Source of the DNA: a virus
Taxonomy: Duplodnaviria > Heunggongvirae > Uroviricota > Caudoviricetes
Length of the DNA: 64,000 bases
Strand: one strand, 5' to 3'
IMG/VR virus record: IMGVR_UViG_3300037455_000543
Coordinates: 59,136 to 123,135 of that record
The translations under genes were made by a program, and so were the position numbers. This document shows positions 27,632 to 38,042 of this stretch, in pieces; positions within the stretch are counted from its first letter, which is position 1, and each line of letters starts with the position of its first letter. The notes under the pieces were generated by a model, which saw only the letters and a program-made list of their open reading frames with translations, was not told where the DNA came from and did not search any database.

Positions 27632-28356
27632 TGAACTATCTCCAATTACACGATAATGGAAAACTCGGTGTAGATGAACGTAAACTCGCTGATTATTTCG
27701 GTGAGGGTAATTATACTACGTTCTATAAGAAGCATCTTCTTCAGAATAGAATTAAATTGACCGATGACGATTTTATTGCTGGCGAAATTCCGGTTATTTT
27801 TAATGCAATGAAAAAACTCGGAATTGACTACAAGCATGAAGACTATCCTAAGGCATTGGAGAAGTATCTTTATCGTAGAACTTGGGAAACAAAACTAGGC
27901 TACATGAAAGATAAGGTATTTAATGATTATCTTGTCGATCCTGTTTTTATTAAGCCTAAGGACAAGCTCAAGAAATTTACAGGATTTGTCCTATCTTCGA
28001 GAGATGATTGGCTTTTGACTGAAGGTGCAAGCGACGGAACGAACATTATTTGTTCTGAACCGGTAAAATTTGTCTCGGAGTATCGTATTCCAGTCATAAA
28101 CGGCGTTATAAGGGATTATTGTCATTACTTTAGTAATTCTATCATGGTAGACAAAAACGAGGTCCAGAAGATGGTTATGGACTATACAGACGCACCCAGT
28201 GCGTATTGTCTTGATGTTGGAGTATTAGATACTGGCGAAACCGCCCTGATTGAAATAAATGATGCTTTTGCATGCGGTAGCTATACAATGAGTAATGAAG
28301 TATATTCTGAGCTTCTTATTACAAGATGGAATGAATTGAAGAGCCAAAAATGCTAA
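27631..28356 (+). CDS. ATP-grasp domain protein (DUF4343/R2K-like)
   Basis: DYPKAL, VFIKP..KKFTGFV, SEPVKFVSEYR, YCLDVG, LIEINDAF. Confidence 0.8.
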   Translation: MNYLQLHDNGKLGVDERKLADYFGEGNYTTFYKKHLLQNRIKLTDDDFIAGEIPVIFNAMKKLGIDYKHEDYPKALEKYLYRRTWETKLGYMKDKVFNDYLVDPVFIKPKDKLKKFTGFVLSSRDDWLLTEGASDGTNIICSEPVKFVSEYRIPVINGVIRDYCHYFSNSIMVDKNEVQKMVMDYTDAPSAYCLDVGVLDTGETALIEINDAFACGSYTMSNEVYSELLITRWNELKSQKC

Positions 28357-28601
28357 ACGAAGAAAAAACATTTATAATGAAAAAGGACAATTTTATTATT
28401 TGTCCACATTGTAAAAATGATAAGGAGTTTAAGCTTATTGCTGATAAGCTTGAACCTGGTATATATGAAATGAAAATTGGATGTGGCAAATGTAGCTGGA
28501 TTTCTGACGATATCTATGAAGATTGTGGCTATTTTCCAAATATGTCAACCGAAATGATTACATATTGTGTTCATGATTTACATGAACAACAAAAGGATTA
28601 A
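28350..28601 (+). CDS. zinc-ribbon protein
   Basis: CPHC ... CGKC. Confidence 0.7.
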   Translation: MLNEEKTFIMKKDNFIICPHCKNDKEFKLIADKLEPGIYEMKIGCGKCSWISDDIYEDCGYFPNMSTEMITYCVHDLHEQQKD

Positions 28602-28604
28602 CTA

Positions 28605-29153
28605 ATGAAAAATTATAATATGTTTAAAGATTTTAAATTTGAATCTCCAGTTACTGCTGATACTGGCATTCAATTAAAACGTGGATTTTCTTTTACATAC
28701 TACCTATATGGTGTGTATAAGATAATGGAACATATCGATAGATTTAATGGTTTAAATAATATTATTTCATTACGTGAAATGGTTGCAGCATATGACGGCT
28801 GGTCTGGTGATCGACTACCACATACATATCTGGATCGCTGCAATTTTATTTTGAATTTCAATTCTACTGCTGAACGTGACGCTGCAATTCCTGTATTGAA
28901 GAAACTGTGTAGTGAATTAAGAATACGTTATAGAACAGAACAATTTTTTATGGGAATGGATTTTGCGAATTTTTCACATATGGATATCTTCCCATGCAGG
29001 GCATATAAGGAAACGAATGAATATAGGAAAAGGTATAAATTTATGACAGCAGATGAAGTCATGCGTATGGAATTCTTCAAGGATATCCGCAGAGAAAGAG
29101 AATATGAAAAGAAACAGTTGGAAGAATATGAAAAGTCCAAGCAAGTAGGCTAA
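28605..29153 (+). CDS. hypothetical protein
   Basis: 182-aa ORF. Confidence 0.75.
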   Translation: MKNYNMFKDFKFESPVTADTGIQLKRGFSFTYYLYGVYKIMEHIDRFNGLNNIISLREMVAAYDGWSGDRLPHTYLDRCNFILNFNSTAERDAAIPVLKKLCSELRIRYRTEQFFMGMDFANFSHMDIFPCRAYKETNEYRKRYKFMTADEVMRMEFFKDIRREREYEKKQLEEYEKSKQVG

Positions 29154-29177
29154 TATACAAAATAAGGAAAATTATTA

Positions 29178-29912
29178 ATGTTTAATTGGTTTAAGAAAAG
29201 AAAAGCTAAAGAAGATACGTCAAATCCATTGCATAACACCTATGGATATGATAAAACAATCAAAGTTAATGGCGAAACTGCCAGGTTTACAGATCATTTT
29301 CATTTAAATACAAATCGTGATATTTGTATGCTTTCGACAAGTACTATTTTAAATCATCCGTTATTTAATGAAATAAAATTCGGAACGGTTAGTTTAGAGA
29401 AAAATGTAAGCAACTGTACATTGGTTGAAGCACTTTCTAAATGTCGAAGCATTTATCATGAATACATTTATGGCACGATTGACACCAAGTTGATTGATGA
29501 AGTTATTAAAGATACACAATCTATTGTTGACTCATTAGAAAAACTTATTAATTCTGAATATAATGATAAAGTGCTATTTGATAATCCTTATGTTAAAGGC
29601 TATTTGTGTGTAAGTCGTTGTTCAAACATTTCTATTGATATTAGACCATATCAAGTTGATGATTATGTTAATTATTTAAAGGAACATAATTATACTGAAT
29701 ATATTGATGAATATAGAAAGTATATTATCGAAGCATTGGCAAGCGAAGTTAAAAGCAATAACATTCAATATGATCAGCCTAAGGCAAATGTCAGTCTATA
29801 TACTAAATGGAAAGTATCTTACATAGCACAGCTAGAACGCAAAAAGAAAAATGAAGAATATAAGAAAATTATTAGTGAAATATCGGCAGCTTATAGTGCA
29901 GGTATAAGGTAA
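29178..29912 (+). CDS. hypothetical protein
   Basis: 244-aa ORF, AAGGA SD. Confidence 0.75.
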   Translation: MFNWFKKRKAKEDTSNPLHNTYGYDKTIKVNGETARFTDHFHLNTNRDICMLSTSTILNHPLFNEIKFGTVSLEKNVSNCTLVEALSKCRSIYHEYIYGTIDTKLIDEVIKDTQSIVDSLEKLINSEYNDKVLFDNPYVKGYLCVSRCSNISIDIRPYQVDDYVNYLKEHNYTEYIDEYRKYIIEALASEVKSNNIQYDQPKANVSLYTKWKVSYIAQLERKKKNEEYKKIISEISAAYSAGIR

Positions 29913-29921
29913 AAAACCGGG

Positions 29922-29950
29922 TTTACAATAATTTAATCTTTTTCTATATT
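29922..29950 (+). promoter_or_regulatory. sigma70-like early promoter
   Basis: TTTACA-17-TATATT. Confidence 0.7.
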
Positions 29951-29957
29951 TAATATT

Positions 29958-30338
29958 ATGACAATACCTGTATTTCTTTTACTGTTCGTACTAATACTTA
30001 TACTTGTTATTGCATTAGTATGTATTACTGCAGATGATGATCCAGCTTTGGCGACGATACTCTTTTTCCTCGGCATGGTTGGCCTATTATCTTATTGTCA
30101 TTTAACACCGTCTACGTCTGTCATGAAAGAGACCAGATATAAAAATATTCTCGCTGATAGACCAAAATGTATGGATGATTCAGAGCAAGCTGAAACTGTA
30201 GAGTGCTTAAATGATTACAAGGCTTGGTTAGAAGATTCATTATATGCTGTGCATAAACTTGATAGCATAAAAGCTGTTAAGGATTCTATCAAAGAAAATA
30301 TTAATTTTATAAAAGGGAATAAAACAAATGGCAACTGA
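29958..30338 (+). CDS. two-TM membrane protein
   Basis: Two N-terminal hydrophobic helices. Confidence 0.75.
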   Translation: MTIPVFLLLFVLILILVIALVCITADDDPALATILFFLGMVGLLSYCHLTPSTSVMKETRYKNILADRPKCMDDSEQAETVECLNDYKAWLEDSLYAVHKLDSIKAVKDSIKENINFIKGNKTNGN

Positions 30339-30759
30339 ATTAAATCATGTTATTGAATTTGAAGTCGGTGACTGGTCAAAGGATGGTCATAATCAGAGCG
30401 ATACTTTTTTAATCAAATCAAATTATTCAGGCGATGAAATCGATGAAGGTTTCGAACGTTTGAAAAAAGAAAAACACATTGATTTTAAGAAAGTTTGTCA
30501 CGATTATGAAGATAGCGAAATTAAAAATGATGTTTTAGTCAAGCTTATTAAATTAGGTGTTCTTACACAAGAAGAAGTTGATGAAGCTTTAAACGACTAT
30601 GATGGCCGTTATTGCGTAGATAGTGCATTGGATTTAGCTGCAATTGCACTTGATACTCTACATGCTTTTGACCCAGAGTTTGAATGGGAAGAATTTATTA
30701 TTCCAAATAAAGAATCTTGTCAAGCACTTACAGGTATCGGTTACGGTTGCTATTGGTAA
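30328..30759 (+). CDS. acidic hypothetical protein
   Basis: GDWSKDGHNQ...CHDYED...GIGYGCYW. Confidence 0.75.
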   Translation: MATELNHVIEFEVGDWSKDGHNQSDTFLIKSNYSGDEIDEGFERLKKEKHIDFKKVCHDYEDSEIKNDVLVKLIKLGVLTQEEVDEALNDYDGRYCVDSALDLAAIALDTLHAFDPEFEWEEFIIPNKESCQALTGIGYGCYW

Positions 30760-30771
30760 TAAGGTATTATA

Positions 30772-31398
30772 ATGGACGAAATTAAAGAAAGATTTGACCA
30801 AATTATATCTAGTCAAATTGATGCATTAAAAAATAATGTTGAATTTCATTATAGATTATTCAATGAATTTTTTGCAGCGATTAAACAAGATTCAGATTTC
30901 AAAGTTGTAGAAACTTTTCCTGAAGCTAACTCTTGTTATGTAGGGTTTTTATTTACCTATAAAGATTTTAAAGATTATATTTGTGAGGTAATATACAATC
31001 CAGGACAGGCAAATGTTAGACTTAGATTATGCATTATAGCTAAAAAAGATGACATGGATTTTAATTATTTTGCACCTACACTTAACGGCGAAATTTTAAA
31101 ATATTACTGGATTAATGAGTTTCGTGAAGGTCAAACAGAAGAATCCAGACTTAAAGAAGCGATTACATTTACCAAAGAAACAATCGAAGAACATCATAAG
31201 ACAAAAATCCGTCAAGAACATGATTATCTAACTGATCTGGAATTTAGAGCAAAAGTTCAAAAACTGATGCATCCAACAGATGATTATTTGTTTGTCGATC
31301 CGATTACGTGTGAACAAGGAAATCTTTGGTTCTATAATAAACTCGTAGAAAAAATTAAAGCACATCCGAAAATCTGGAAATGGTTTTTTACTGTATAA
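30772..31398 (+). CDS. hypothetical protein
   Basis: 208-aa ORF. Confidence 0.75.
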   Translation: MDEIKERFDQIISSQIDALKNNVEFHYRLFNEFFAAIKQDSDFKVVETFPEANSCYVGFLFTYKDFKDYICEVIYNPGQANVRLRLCIIAKKDDMDFNYFAPTLNGEILKYYWINEFREGQTEESRLKEAITFTKETIEEHHKTKIRQEHDYLTDLEFRAKVQKLMHPTDDYLFVDPITCEQGNLWFYNKLVEKIKAHPKIWKWFFTV

Positions 31399-31409
31399 AG
31401 GAGTAATAA

Positions 31410-32135
31410 ATGGGTATTATATCATGGTATCACCATAGAAAGTTCAAGAAAGTCGAACAGGAACTTTTAAACAAGACACTTAAAGAATGGACTGACGAAC
31501 ATGGTCGTCAACATAAAATCAATGTCAATGAATATTTTAGGATAGAGTTTATAAAAGATCCTGAAGATTCAGGCTGCGATAAAATTGCATTATATTGGAA
31601 AGATTTTGAAAATTCTCTCGATATTTCTCTTGACTTAGATAAGTATTTTAATCAAGAGGTAATTTCATGGCATTATTGTCATTTTCCGGTTTATAAACTT
31701 GTCGGTTATGTTTTTGAAGACATCGAAAAGAATTTTAAAAAGTTTGACGGCATTAAAAATGTATTAATCGATAATACTTATTTAAAGAACTATAGAATTT
31801 ATAATCAGGGTTCTTGGAAGTCAAACGTTGCATATTCTACAATAGTTCATTTACAGCCATATTTCTTTGCTGATTATATTAAAGACATTAAAGAATATTA
31901 TAAATCAAGTAAAAATTTTACAGAAGATATTATTGATAAGTATAGAACGAGATGTCTTGAAGAATTTGCAAAATATAAGACAGTCAATGCAGATGAACCT
32001 GATATTGAAACTTATACTATCGAATCATGGTATAGTCATGTCTATAAGCCAAGTGTAGACTTGGAAGCAAGAACAAAAGAATGTCAAGCTACTATTGACG
32101 AAATTAACAAAATTAAAGAAAAGAAAAATAAGTAA
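31410..32135 (+). CDS. hypothetical protein
   Basis: 241-aa ORF, AAGGAG SD. Confidence 0.75.
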   Translation: MGIISWYHHRKFKKVEQELLNKTLKEWTDEHGRQHKINVNEYFRIEFIKDPEDSGCDKIALYWKDFENSLDISLDLDKYFNQEVISWHYCHFPVYKLVGYVFEDIEKNFKKFDGIKNVLIDNTYLKNYRIYNQGSWKSNVAYSTIVHLQPYFFADYIKDIKEYYKSSKNFTEDIIDKYRTRCLEEFAKYKTVNADEPDIETYTIESWYSHVYKPSVDLEARTKECQATIDEINKIKEKKNK

Positions 32136-32178
32136 CATTAAAAATCAAAAGGCGGCGGGATAAAAGGAGTAATATAAT

Positions 32179-33393
32179 ATGTACGGAAAAAAGCTAGCCT
32201 ATACGGTTAAAATTAAGGACATTAAACCCATTGAAGGTGCTGACAAGATTGAGTTGGCAACTGTAATGGATTATACAGTCGTCGTGAAGAAGAATGAATT
32301 TCAGCCTGGCGATATCGCTATGTATATTGAAGTTGATTCTGTCTTACCAGATGGATTGGATCCTGTCCTTAAGCAGAAGTATGAAGATATAAAGAGCGGT
32401 AAGGATTTACCTAATGCAACCAAGGATGAAATAAAGGCTGCATTGGAGGCTGTTCAAGCACAGTCCAAATATCCGTATTTCGAATTCCTTAGAGATAAGA
32501 AGTTCAAGATTAAGTCTATGAAGCTTTCCAAGTTCGGAGTAATTTCTCAAGGTATCTTGTTCAGACTCGATACTGTAGGTATTACAGAAAAGCTTGGAAC
32601 TGACGTTGACCTTTCCAATCGTTTCAATGTTACCGAAATTGTTCAGGATGCTGAAGAAGCAGGTCTTGTTCAAGAACCGAGAAACAAGTTCTTCAAGTTT
32701 ATGATGAAGTTTGCTTGGTTCCGCAAGTTGAAGCTCGGTGTAAAGTTCAAGTGCGACTGGAAGAATGAATGGCCAGGTAAATCTGATGAAGAAAACGTCC
32801 AGAAGATTTTCTCTAAGATGAAGTCGCAATATGGTGACAAGGAATGGGTAGCTACTGAAAAGCTCGAAGGACAGAACATTACAGTTTATTCTTATACTAC
32901 TAGAGGTTGGTTCGGTAGAAAGAAGAAGAAAATTGGCGTATGTTCGAGAACTCGTTGCTTGCCTGAAAAGGGCTTTGGCGCTCCGTTCTGGAATACTGTA
33001 AAGAGACTTCGTTACGATGAAAAGGTAAAGAAGATTCCTGGTGAATGGTTCTGCCGTGGTGAACATATCGGTCCTGGTATTCAAGGCAACATCTATAACT
33101 TGCCGAGAACTGAAATTCGTTTCTTCGATTTCTACCAGAAGAAGGATGGTAAGTTCGTAAAACTTAACTTCGAAGAGTCTATTGAATTCTCTAAGAAGTG
33201 GGACCTTCCGTTTGTGCCTGTTCTCGATGAACATTATGTTCTTCCGGAAACTGCACAGAAAATGTTGGAACAGTCTGATAAGAACACTGTCTTTGGCAAC
33301 AACCTTAACCACAAGCGTGAAGGTTTTGTCTTGAGACTTCGTGATGACTACAACGTTTCTTTCAAGGTCAAGAACCCGTTCTATTCAATCTAA
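32179..33393 (+). CDS. RNA ligase, DRB0094 family (N-terminal OB/tRNA-binding-like domain)
   Basis: IKPIEGADKIE, YIEVDSVLP, ATEKLEGQN (motif I), RGEHIGPGIQGN, FFD, REGFV, SFKVKN. Confidence 0.88.
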   Translation: MYGKKLAYTVKIKDIKPIEGADKIELATVMDYTVVVKKNEFQPGDIAMYIEVDSVLPDGLDPVLKQKYEDIKSGKDLPNATKDEIKAALEAVQAQSKYPYFEFLRDKKFKIKSMKLSKFGVISQGILFRLDTVGITEKLGTDVDLSNRFNVTEIVQDAEEAGLVQEPRNKFFKFMMKFAWFRKLKLGVKFKCDWKNEWPGKSDEENVQKIFSKMKSQYGDKEWVATEKLEGQNITVYSYTTRGWFGRKKKKIGVCSRTRCLPEKGFGAPFWNTVKRLRYDEKVKKIPGEWFCRGEHIGPGIQGNIYNLPRTEIRFFDFYQKKDGKFVKLNFEESIEFSKKWDLPFVPVLDEHYVLPETAQKMLEQSDKNTVFGNNLNHKREGFVLRLRDDYNVSFKVKNPFYSI

Positions 33394-33419
33394 TTAAACA
33401 TAATAACTTCAAATAATAT

Positions 33420-33454
33420 AAAGGGTTTACAAAAACCCTTTATTTTTTTATCTT
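33420..33454 (+). promoter_or_regulatory. terminator/early-promoter module
   Basis: AAAGGGTTT-ac-AAAAACCCTTT+T run; TTTACA(33426)-17-TATCTT. Confidence 0.75.
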
Positions 33455-33462
33455 TCGATAGA

Positions 33463-34068
33463 ATGAAAAAAGATCCTGAACATTTAGAACAAGTCGCTAA
33501 TCTATTTAAAACGTATATCCCTTATACTGACGGTAAGATTACCCGGTTTTTTGCGCCATATGATGGTAGGGCTAATATTCATGTTAATGAATCAAATATA
33601 GTTTATAGCGGTGTACCTATTTACACAATGTTTCCTTCTGACAAATATTATACAACAGATAAATATACTACCGATACTAATGGCTTTATGTTAAAGTCAA
33701 ACATTAAAAATACTGAAAACGTCAAGAAAGGTGATTTAATCTGTATCGTTGTTGAACCGTATAGCAAGAATATTCAAAAATCTATAAAAGATTACTTCAT
33801 GATAGAACCTAAAATTGCTGACTTAAGAAGGGAAATCGACGAAGTTAAACATGGGAATTATGGACTGCCTAGAATAAATACATCATTTTTAAATTATATT
33901 CATTCTATTGCGCCAGACTTCTTAAAACCGAATGCAGACGAAATTAATAAAAGTGTTGCCAGGTTAACTAACGATATAGAAAAATGTAAATCGGAAAAAA
34001 CAAAACTTTGTAATAAGTTAAAACAATATTATTCTACTGAAATTTCAAAATTGAGGCAATATCTATGA
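33463..34068 (+). CDS. hypothetical protein
   Basis: 201-aa ORF with C-terminal coiled coil. Confidence 0.75.
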   Translation: MKKDPEHLEQVANLFKTYIPYTDGKITRFFAPYDGRANIHVNESNIVYSGVPIYTMFPSDKYYTTDKYTTDTNGFMLKSNIKNTENVKKGDLICIVVEPYSKNIQKSIKDYFMIEPKIADLRREIDEVKHGNYGLPRINTSFLNYIHSIAPDFLKPNADEINKSVARLTNDIEKCKSEKTKLCNKLKQYYSTEISKLRQYL

Positions 34069-34367
34069 TTTCAACTATGTTTCAAGCTGTTTTATTTGGC
34101 ATCATGTTTGCAGTTTTAATTATCTTATTAGGTGGTTTTATAATGGCCACAATATGGTTATCACTCGATTTATTATTCGGCGATTATCGTAACTGGAAAG
34201 CTATTGGTAGATTTTTTGTAAAAATTGGACATGGATTTAAAATAACAGCAATCTGGATATTTGAAAAAGTAGCTTATTTATTGGGAACAAAACAAAGAAA
34301 TAAAAAAGAAAGACAGTATAGAATTAATACACTGTCTAATAGATTTATGAACTTTAATAAGCTTTAA
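34065..34367 (+). CDS. membrane protein
   Basis: Long N-terminal hydrophobic segment; ATGA overlap. Confidence 0.7.
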   Translation: MISTMFQAVLFGIMFAVLIILLGGFIMATIWLSLDLLFGDYRNWKAIGRFFVKIGHGFKITAIWIFEKVAYLLGTKQRNKKERQYRINTLSNRFMNFNKL

Positions 34368-34933
34368 GTTAATTTATCGAATATTTCTCGATTATTCTTT
34401 TCATAAACAAAAATAATCTTCGTTTCAGGATTGCCAAGAATAATCGGCAAATAACATTTTGTGAACTGAGCAAATTGTTCGTCAGTCATTAAATCTAAAC
34501 CGATGTAAAGAATAAGGTCATACGGTCTTGAACAAATACATCCGTCCAACAATGTGCCACATGATATACATACATTATTGCTGAGAACTATAAAATCAGG
34601 ACCTTCTGCAATAATCGAAATATAATTTTCCTTTATTTCGCTAATACGCGTGACAGCAAAGTTGATGTATGATTTAATGGTTGAAAAGAATGACTTGACT
34701 GATATATCTTTCGGTGCGCCTACAACTATATTTTTCTGTGAACTTGTCAATGCATACCAGACTAGGTAAAATTCAGGTTCAGCTAGGCCCATATATTTAT
34801 CTTTTAACTGTATGCAATTATGTTGTTTGGTCTTGAATTTATTTATTAGCATTCTTGGTTCACCGAACAATATAGAGCCAAACAGGCCTTCAATCATATT
34901 TTCCGGTTCTTTTAGCATGTCATCTAATGTCAT
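34364..34933 (-). CDS. degenerate terminase-ATPase-like late protein
   Basis: LVWYAL...KNIVVGAPK...IVLSNNVCI...DLILYIG...F...LPII...TKIIFV recalls T4 gp17-type ATPase without Walker motifs. Confidence 0.5.
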   Translation of the reverse strand: MTLDDMLKEPENMIEGLFGSILFGEPRMLINKFKTKQHNCIQLKDKYMGLAEPEFYLVWYALTSSQKNIVVGAPKDISVKSFFSTIKSYINFAVTRISEIKENYISIIAEGPDFIVLSNNVCISCGTLLDGCICSRPYDLILYIGLDLMTDEQFAQFTKCYLPIILGNPETKIIFVYEKNNREIFDKLT

Positions 34934-34951
34934 TTTCACCTCTTATTACCG

Positions 34952-34984
34952 TTTACAAAATTAGATAATTTTATTATATTTATA
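34952..34984. promoter_or_regulatory. overlapping early (+) and late (-) promoters
   Basis: TTTACA(34952)-17-TATATT; TATAAATA on - at 34977-34984. Confidence 0.7.
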
Positions 34985-35010
34985 TACAAAAATTAATTAG
35001 GAAAAATTTA

Positions 35011-35766
35011 ATGTTAAAAAGAACAAGAAAAACATATATCGTATCTGATTTGCACTTCGACCATGCAAATATTGTCAGATATTGCAATAGGCCATATCAT
35101 GTAGAACCGCCTAACAGTAATCCTATCAATAAGCCTGCAGTCGAAGCGATGAACGAAGATATTTTGAAGCAATTCGACCGTCTTCCAGAAGATTGCGATA
35201 TCTGGAACCTTGGCGATGTATTCTTCGCTGGTTCTAGGTTTAAGGATTATCGTAAGCCTGAAAAGATTGCCGAATTGAAAGATAGGGTTGCTCGTATGAA
35301 GCAAGGTAATCGTAAGTTATTCCTTGTCTTGGGCAATCATGACGATGTTCATCTGCATAATAAAGACCGCATTGAATATTATTATGACCTTGGATTTGAC
35401 AAGGTTTATGATACGCCGGTTATTCTTGAAAATAAGTATATCTTATCTCATGAACCGTTGTATATTAAGCCTGGTTCAGATTTTATCAATCTCTATGGCC
35501 ATACGCATGATCTTGCAATCCAGGAAGATTATTTCTGCTATGACTACGAGAACTATGCTATGGAATGCAGAGTATTTGATAAGGCTGGTCAAGAACATCC
35601 ACCCATTCAGAAGCGTTATCCAGATCGCATTATTGATTTAAAGAATTATAAGAATGTATGCTTGGATCATAATAACGGCATTCTCGAATGGACAGGAGAT
35701 TATTTTAAACAGGCTACGCTTTGCTGGCCAAATAAGGAAGAAAAGAATGAAAACGAAAAGAACTAA
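35011..35766 (+). CDS. calcineurin-like metallophosphoesterase
   Basis: SDLHFDH, LGDV, GNHD, SHEP, GHTH. Confidence 0.9.
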   Translation: MLKRTRKTYIVSDLHFDHANIVRYCNRPYHVEPPNSNPINKPAVEAMNEDILKQFDRLPEDCDIWNLGDVFFAGSRFKDYRKPEKIAELKDRVARMKQGNRKLFLVLGNHDDVHLHNKDRIEYYYDLGFDKVYDTPVILENKYILSHEPLYIKPGSDFINLYGHTHDLAIQEDYFCYDYENYAMECRVFDKAGQEHPPIQKRYPDRIIDLKNYKNVCLDHNNGILEWTGDYFKQATLCWPNKEEKNENEKN

Positions 35767-36214
35767 CACATTTGAAACTAACTCATCTTCGGTACATACA
35801 TTGACTATTGCATCTGCTGAAGATTTTGAAAAGTTCGAAAACTGCGATATGCTTTTGAACTATGAAACTTTGGTTCCTGCAGAAGATGTCTATAAAGAGA
35901 TGATGGAAACTCTTGCTGAAGCCGAAGATAAAATGACAGAGGATTACCGTAAGACTTATAAGGATTCTCTTACATTTGAAAAGTTCAAGGAAGTACTTAA
36001 GGGCCTCAGTGATACCGATTTGTCTTGGCATAATCGCGACAAAGCATATAATAATATCAACGATGACTACAGTGCTGTTATCGGCGGAATGCGTGAAGAT
36101 GTAACTACGCTTGACTGCCTCGGTAATGAATATTATGAAACTTATGTCGAAAGATATAAAACAAAGTCCGGTGACGAAATCGTTGCATTTGGTTACTTCG
36201 GAAGAGACGGCTAA
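35747..36214 (+). CDS. FETNSSS-motif protein 1
   Basis: MKTKRTNTFETNSSSVH; start moved to ATG 35747. Confidence 0.8.
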   Translation: MKTKRTNTFETNSSSVHTLTIASAEDFEKFENCDMLLNYETLVPAEDVYKEMMETLAEAEDKMTEDYRKTYKDSLTFEKFKEVLKGLSDTDLSWHNRDKAYNNINDDYSAVIGGMREDVTTLDCLGNEYYETYVERYKTKSGDEIVAFGYFGRDG

Positions 36215-36217
36215 TTT

Positions 36218-36724
36218 ATGAAAACCATTAGATTTAATACGTTCGAAACTAATTCTAGTTCTTGCCACGTAGTGACTGTATTGTCTGACTATGAAATCGA
36301 AGAGATAAAGAATGGCGAATCTTTACTTGCGATCTATAAGAGTCAGAATGAAAAGACAATTACTAAAATGTTTGACAATTTTAGATTTAGATACGAAATT
36401 GAACGATTTCAATTTAGTTATGATTATTCGAAAGACGAACCCAAATATATCGATATTCCTCGTGAAACCATGAAGGAACTTTGCGATAAGATTTGGAAAT
36501 TACTTGTCGAAGATTCCAAAAATCCGGTTGAACAATTTACTGTTAAACTCGATGCTATCTTTGCCGAATACAAGTTGGATGAAGATTTTGTCGATTCTGT
36601 AAAAAGCTTTGTAAGTTATTTCGCAGGTAAGTCTGCGCTTGATCATATTTTTGAACGTTTGCAGAAGTATAAAATGCCTAATGGTGATGAAATGAATATC
36701 AGTTGCGTAGAAATGGAGTGCTAG
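36218..36724 (+). CDS. FETNSSS-motif protein 2
   Basis: MKTIRFNTFETNSSSCH. Confidence 0.85.
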   Translation: MKTIRFNTFETNSSSCHVVTVLSDYEIEEIKNGESLLAIYKSQNEKTITKMFDNFRFRYEIERFQFSYDYSKDEPKYIDIPRETMKELCDKIWKLLVEDSKNPVEQFTVKLDAIFAEYKLDEDFVDSVKSFVSYFAGKSALDHIFERLQKYKMPNGDEMNISCVEMEC

Positions 36725-36725
36725 T

Positions 36726-37184
36726 ATGAAAACGATTAGAAATAATACATTTGAAACTAATTCAAGTTCTTGTCATGTTCTTACTGTCGCTGATCAGGCT
36801 GAATATGATTTGGTCAAGAATAATCAGGCAGTAATTTATGTTCCTGTCTATCATTCTCAATCTGAAGATGTTTATGAGTCTGTAATTCTTACTAAGGAAG
36901 GTTTTCTTTCTGTTATAGAAAAACAGGTCGGTGAACAGTATGAAGCCTATTCTACATTCTTTGAAGAATCATGGAATATCATGTTTATGCCTGGCTGTTA
37001 TGATGAACAGCTCGAAGAACTTGCAGTAAAATATAAGGTTCCATGTGATATCAAGCAAAAAGTAGAAGATATTATTTGGCACAGCACTCATGAAGAAGGT
37101 CAGATTGAAATTCTTGATGATGCAATTAAGAAGGAAGTTAACGGTTCTACCGTATATGTAAGTTGTTGGTCTAAATACTGCTAA
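36726..37184 (+). CDS. FETNSSS-motif protein 3
   Basis: MKTIRNNTFETNSSSCH. Confidence 0.85.
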   Translation: MKTIRNNTFETNSSSCHVLTVADQAEYDLVKNNQAVIYVPVYHSQSEDVYESVILTKEGFLSVIEKQVGEQYEAYSTFFEESWNIMFMPGCYDEQLEELAVKYKVPCDIKQKVEDIIWHSTHEEGQIEILDDAIKKEVNGSTVYVSCWSKYC

Positions 37185-38005
37185 TGAGATATTTGTATAA
37201 TATGGAAATTGATAGAGAAATCACAGAACTTGGTCATCGATTGAAAAATATCGAAGAAAGCATCGATCATATCAGAGAATGTACCGAAGCAGAAATTGCT
37301 AAATGTGAGCAAGCTATTGATGACCGTATTGCTTATAATGCATATTATAGTCGTTTTGATCAACCCGCATTTTTAACGACAGACCGTGGATTTTATTGGG
37401 AATGGAAACCTGCTAAAAAAGAGTTTCGTGATTACAAACTTAATAAAATCTATAATTTCTTTATCAGTTATGATGCAAATGATGACGGTATACGTATAAA
37501 GTGGCTTCCATTAGTTGAACGTATCAGGCATATCTGTGTAGACATTGGTAATGTATATTTTAACCATCATGAATCTATCATCGGTGAACATTGCCGTAGT
37601 ATCTATATTGATAGGCCAACATTGATTAAGAACATATTTGTAAAACGCGAACAGGTTGTTAATCAAGGTGATGATGTCTATTCCGTTGAATATATCGATA
37701 TCGATTCTAAGCTAGAAGAAATCTTGAATGATTCAAAACTGGAATATTTGCCGTATGATAAATTTATAAAGCTGAATAAGTTTTATAACTGGTGTAAAGA
37801 AACTAATCGCCATGCTATTCTTGCGGCAAAAACAATATGTGATTATCCAAGAATGTTAAATTCTACTGTTCAATTTGAAGAATTGTATAAAGATGCAATT
37901 GATTGCTATAAGACATATAATCCGCAATGTCTTATTAATGAAAATACAAGGACATATAGAAATAGGCATGGACATCTAAGACCAGGAGTAACTGTAAGAA
38001 TGTAG
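37184..38005 (+). CDS. hypothetical protein
   Basis: 273-aa ORF, TAATG overlap. Confidence 0.75.
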   Translation: MRYLYNMEIDREITELGHRLKNIEESIDHIRECTEAEIAKCEQAIDDRIAYNAYYSRFDQPAFLTTDRGFYWEWKPAKKEFRDYKLNKIYNFFISYDANDDGIRIKWLPLVERIRHICVDIGNVYFNHHESIIGEHCRSIYIDRPTLIKNIFVKREQVVNQGDDVYSVEYIDIDSKLEEILNDSKLEYLPYDKFIKLNKFYNWCKETNRHAILAAKTICDYPRMLNSTVQFEELYKDAIDCYKTYNPQCLINENTRTYRNRHGHLRPGVTVRM

Positions 38006-38035
38006 GTTTACAAAAACCTGCATTTTTTCTATATT
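38001..38035 (+). promoter_or_regulatory. terminator/early-promoter module
   Basis: TGTAGGTTT-acaa-AAACCTGCA+T run; TTTACA(38007)-17-TATATT. Confidence 0.75.
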
Positions 38036-38042
38036 ATAAGAT

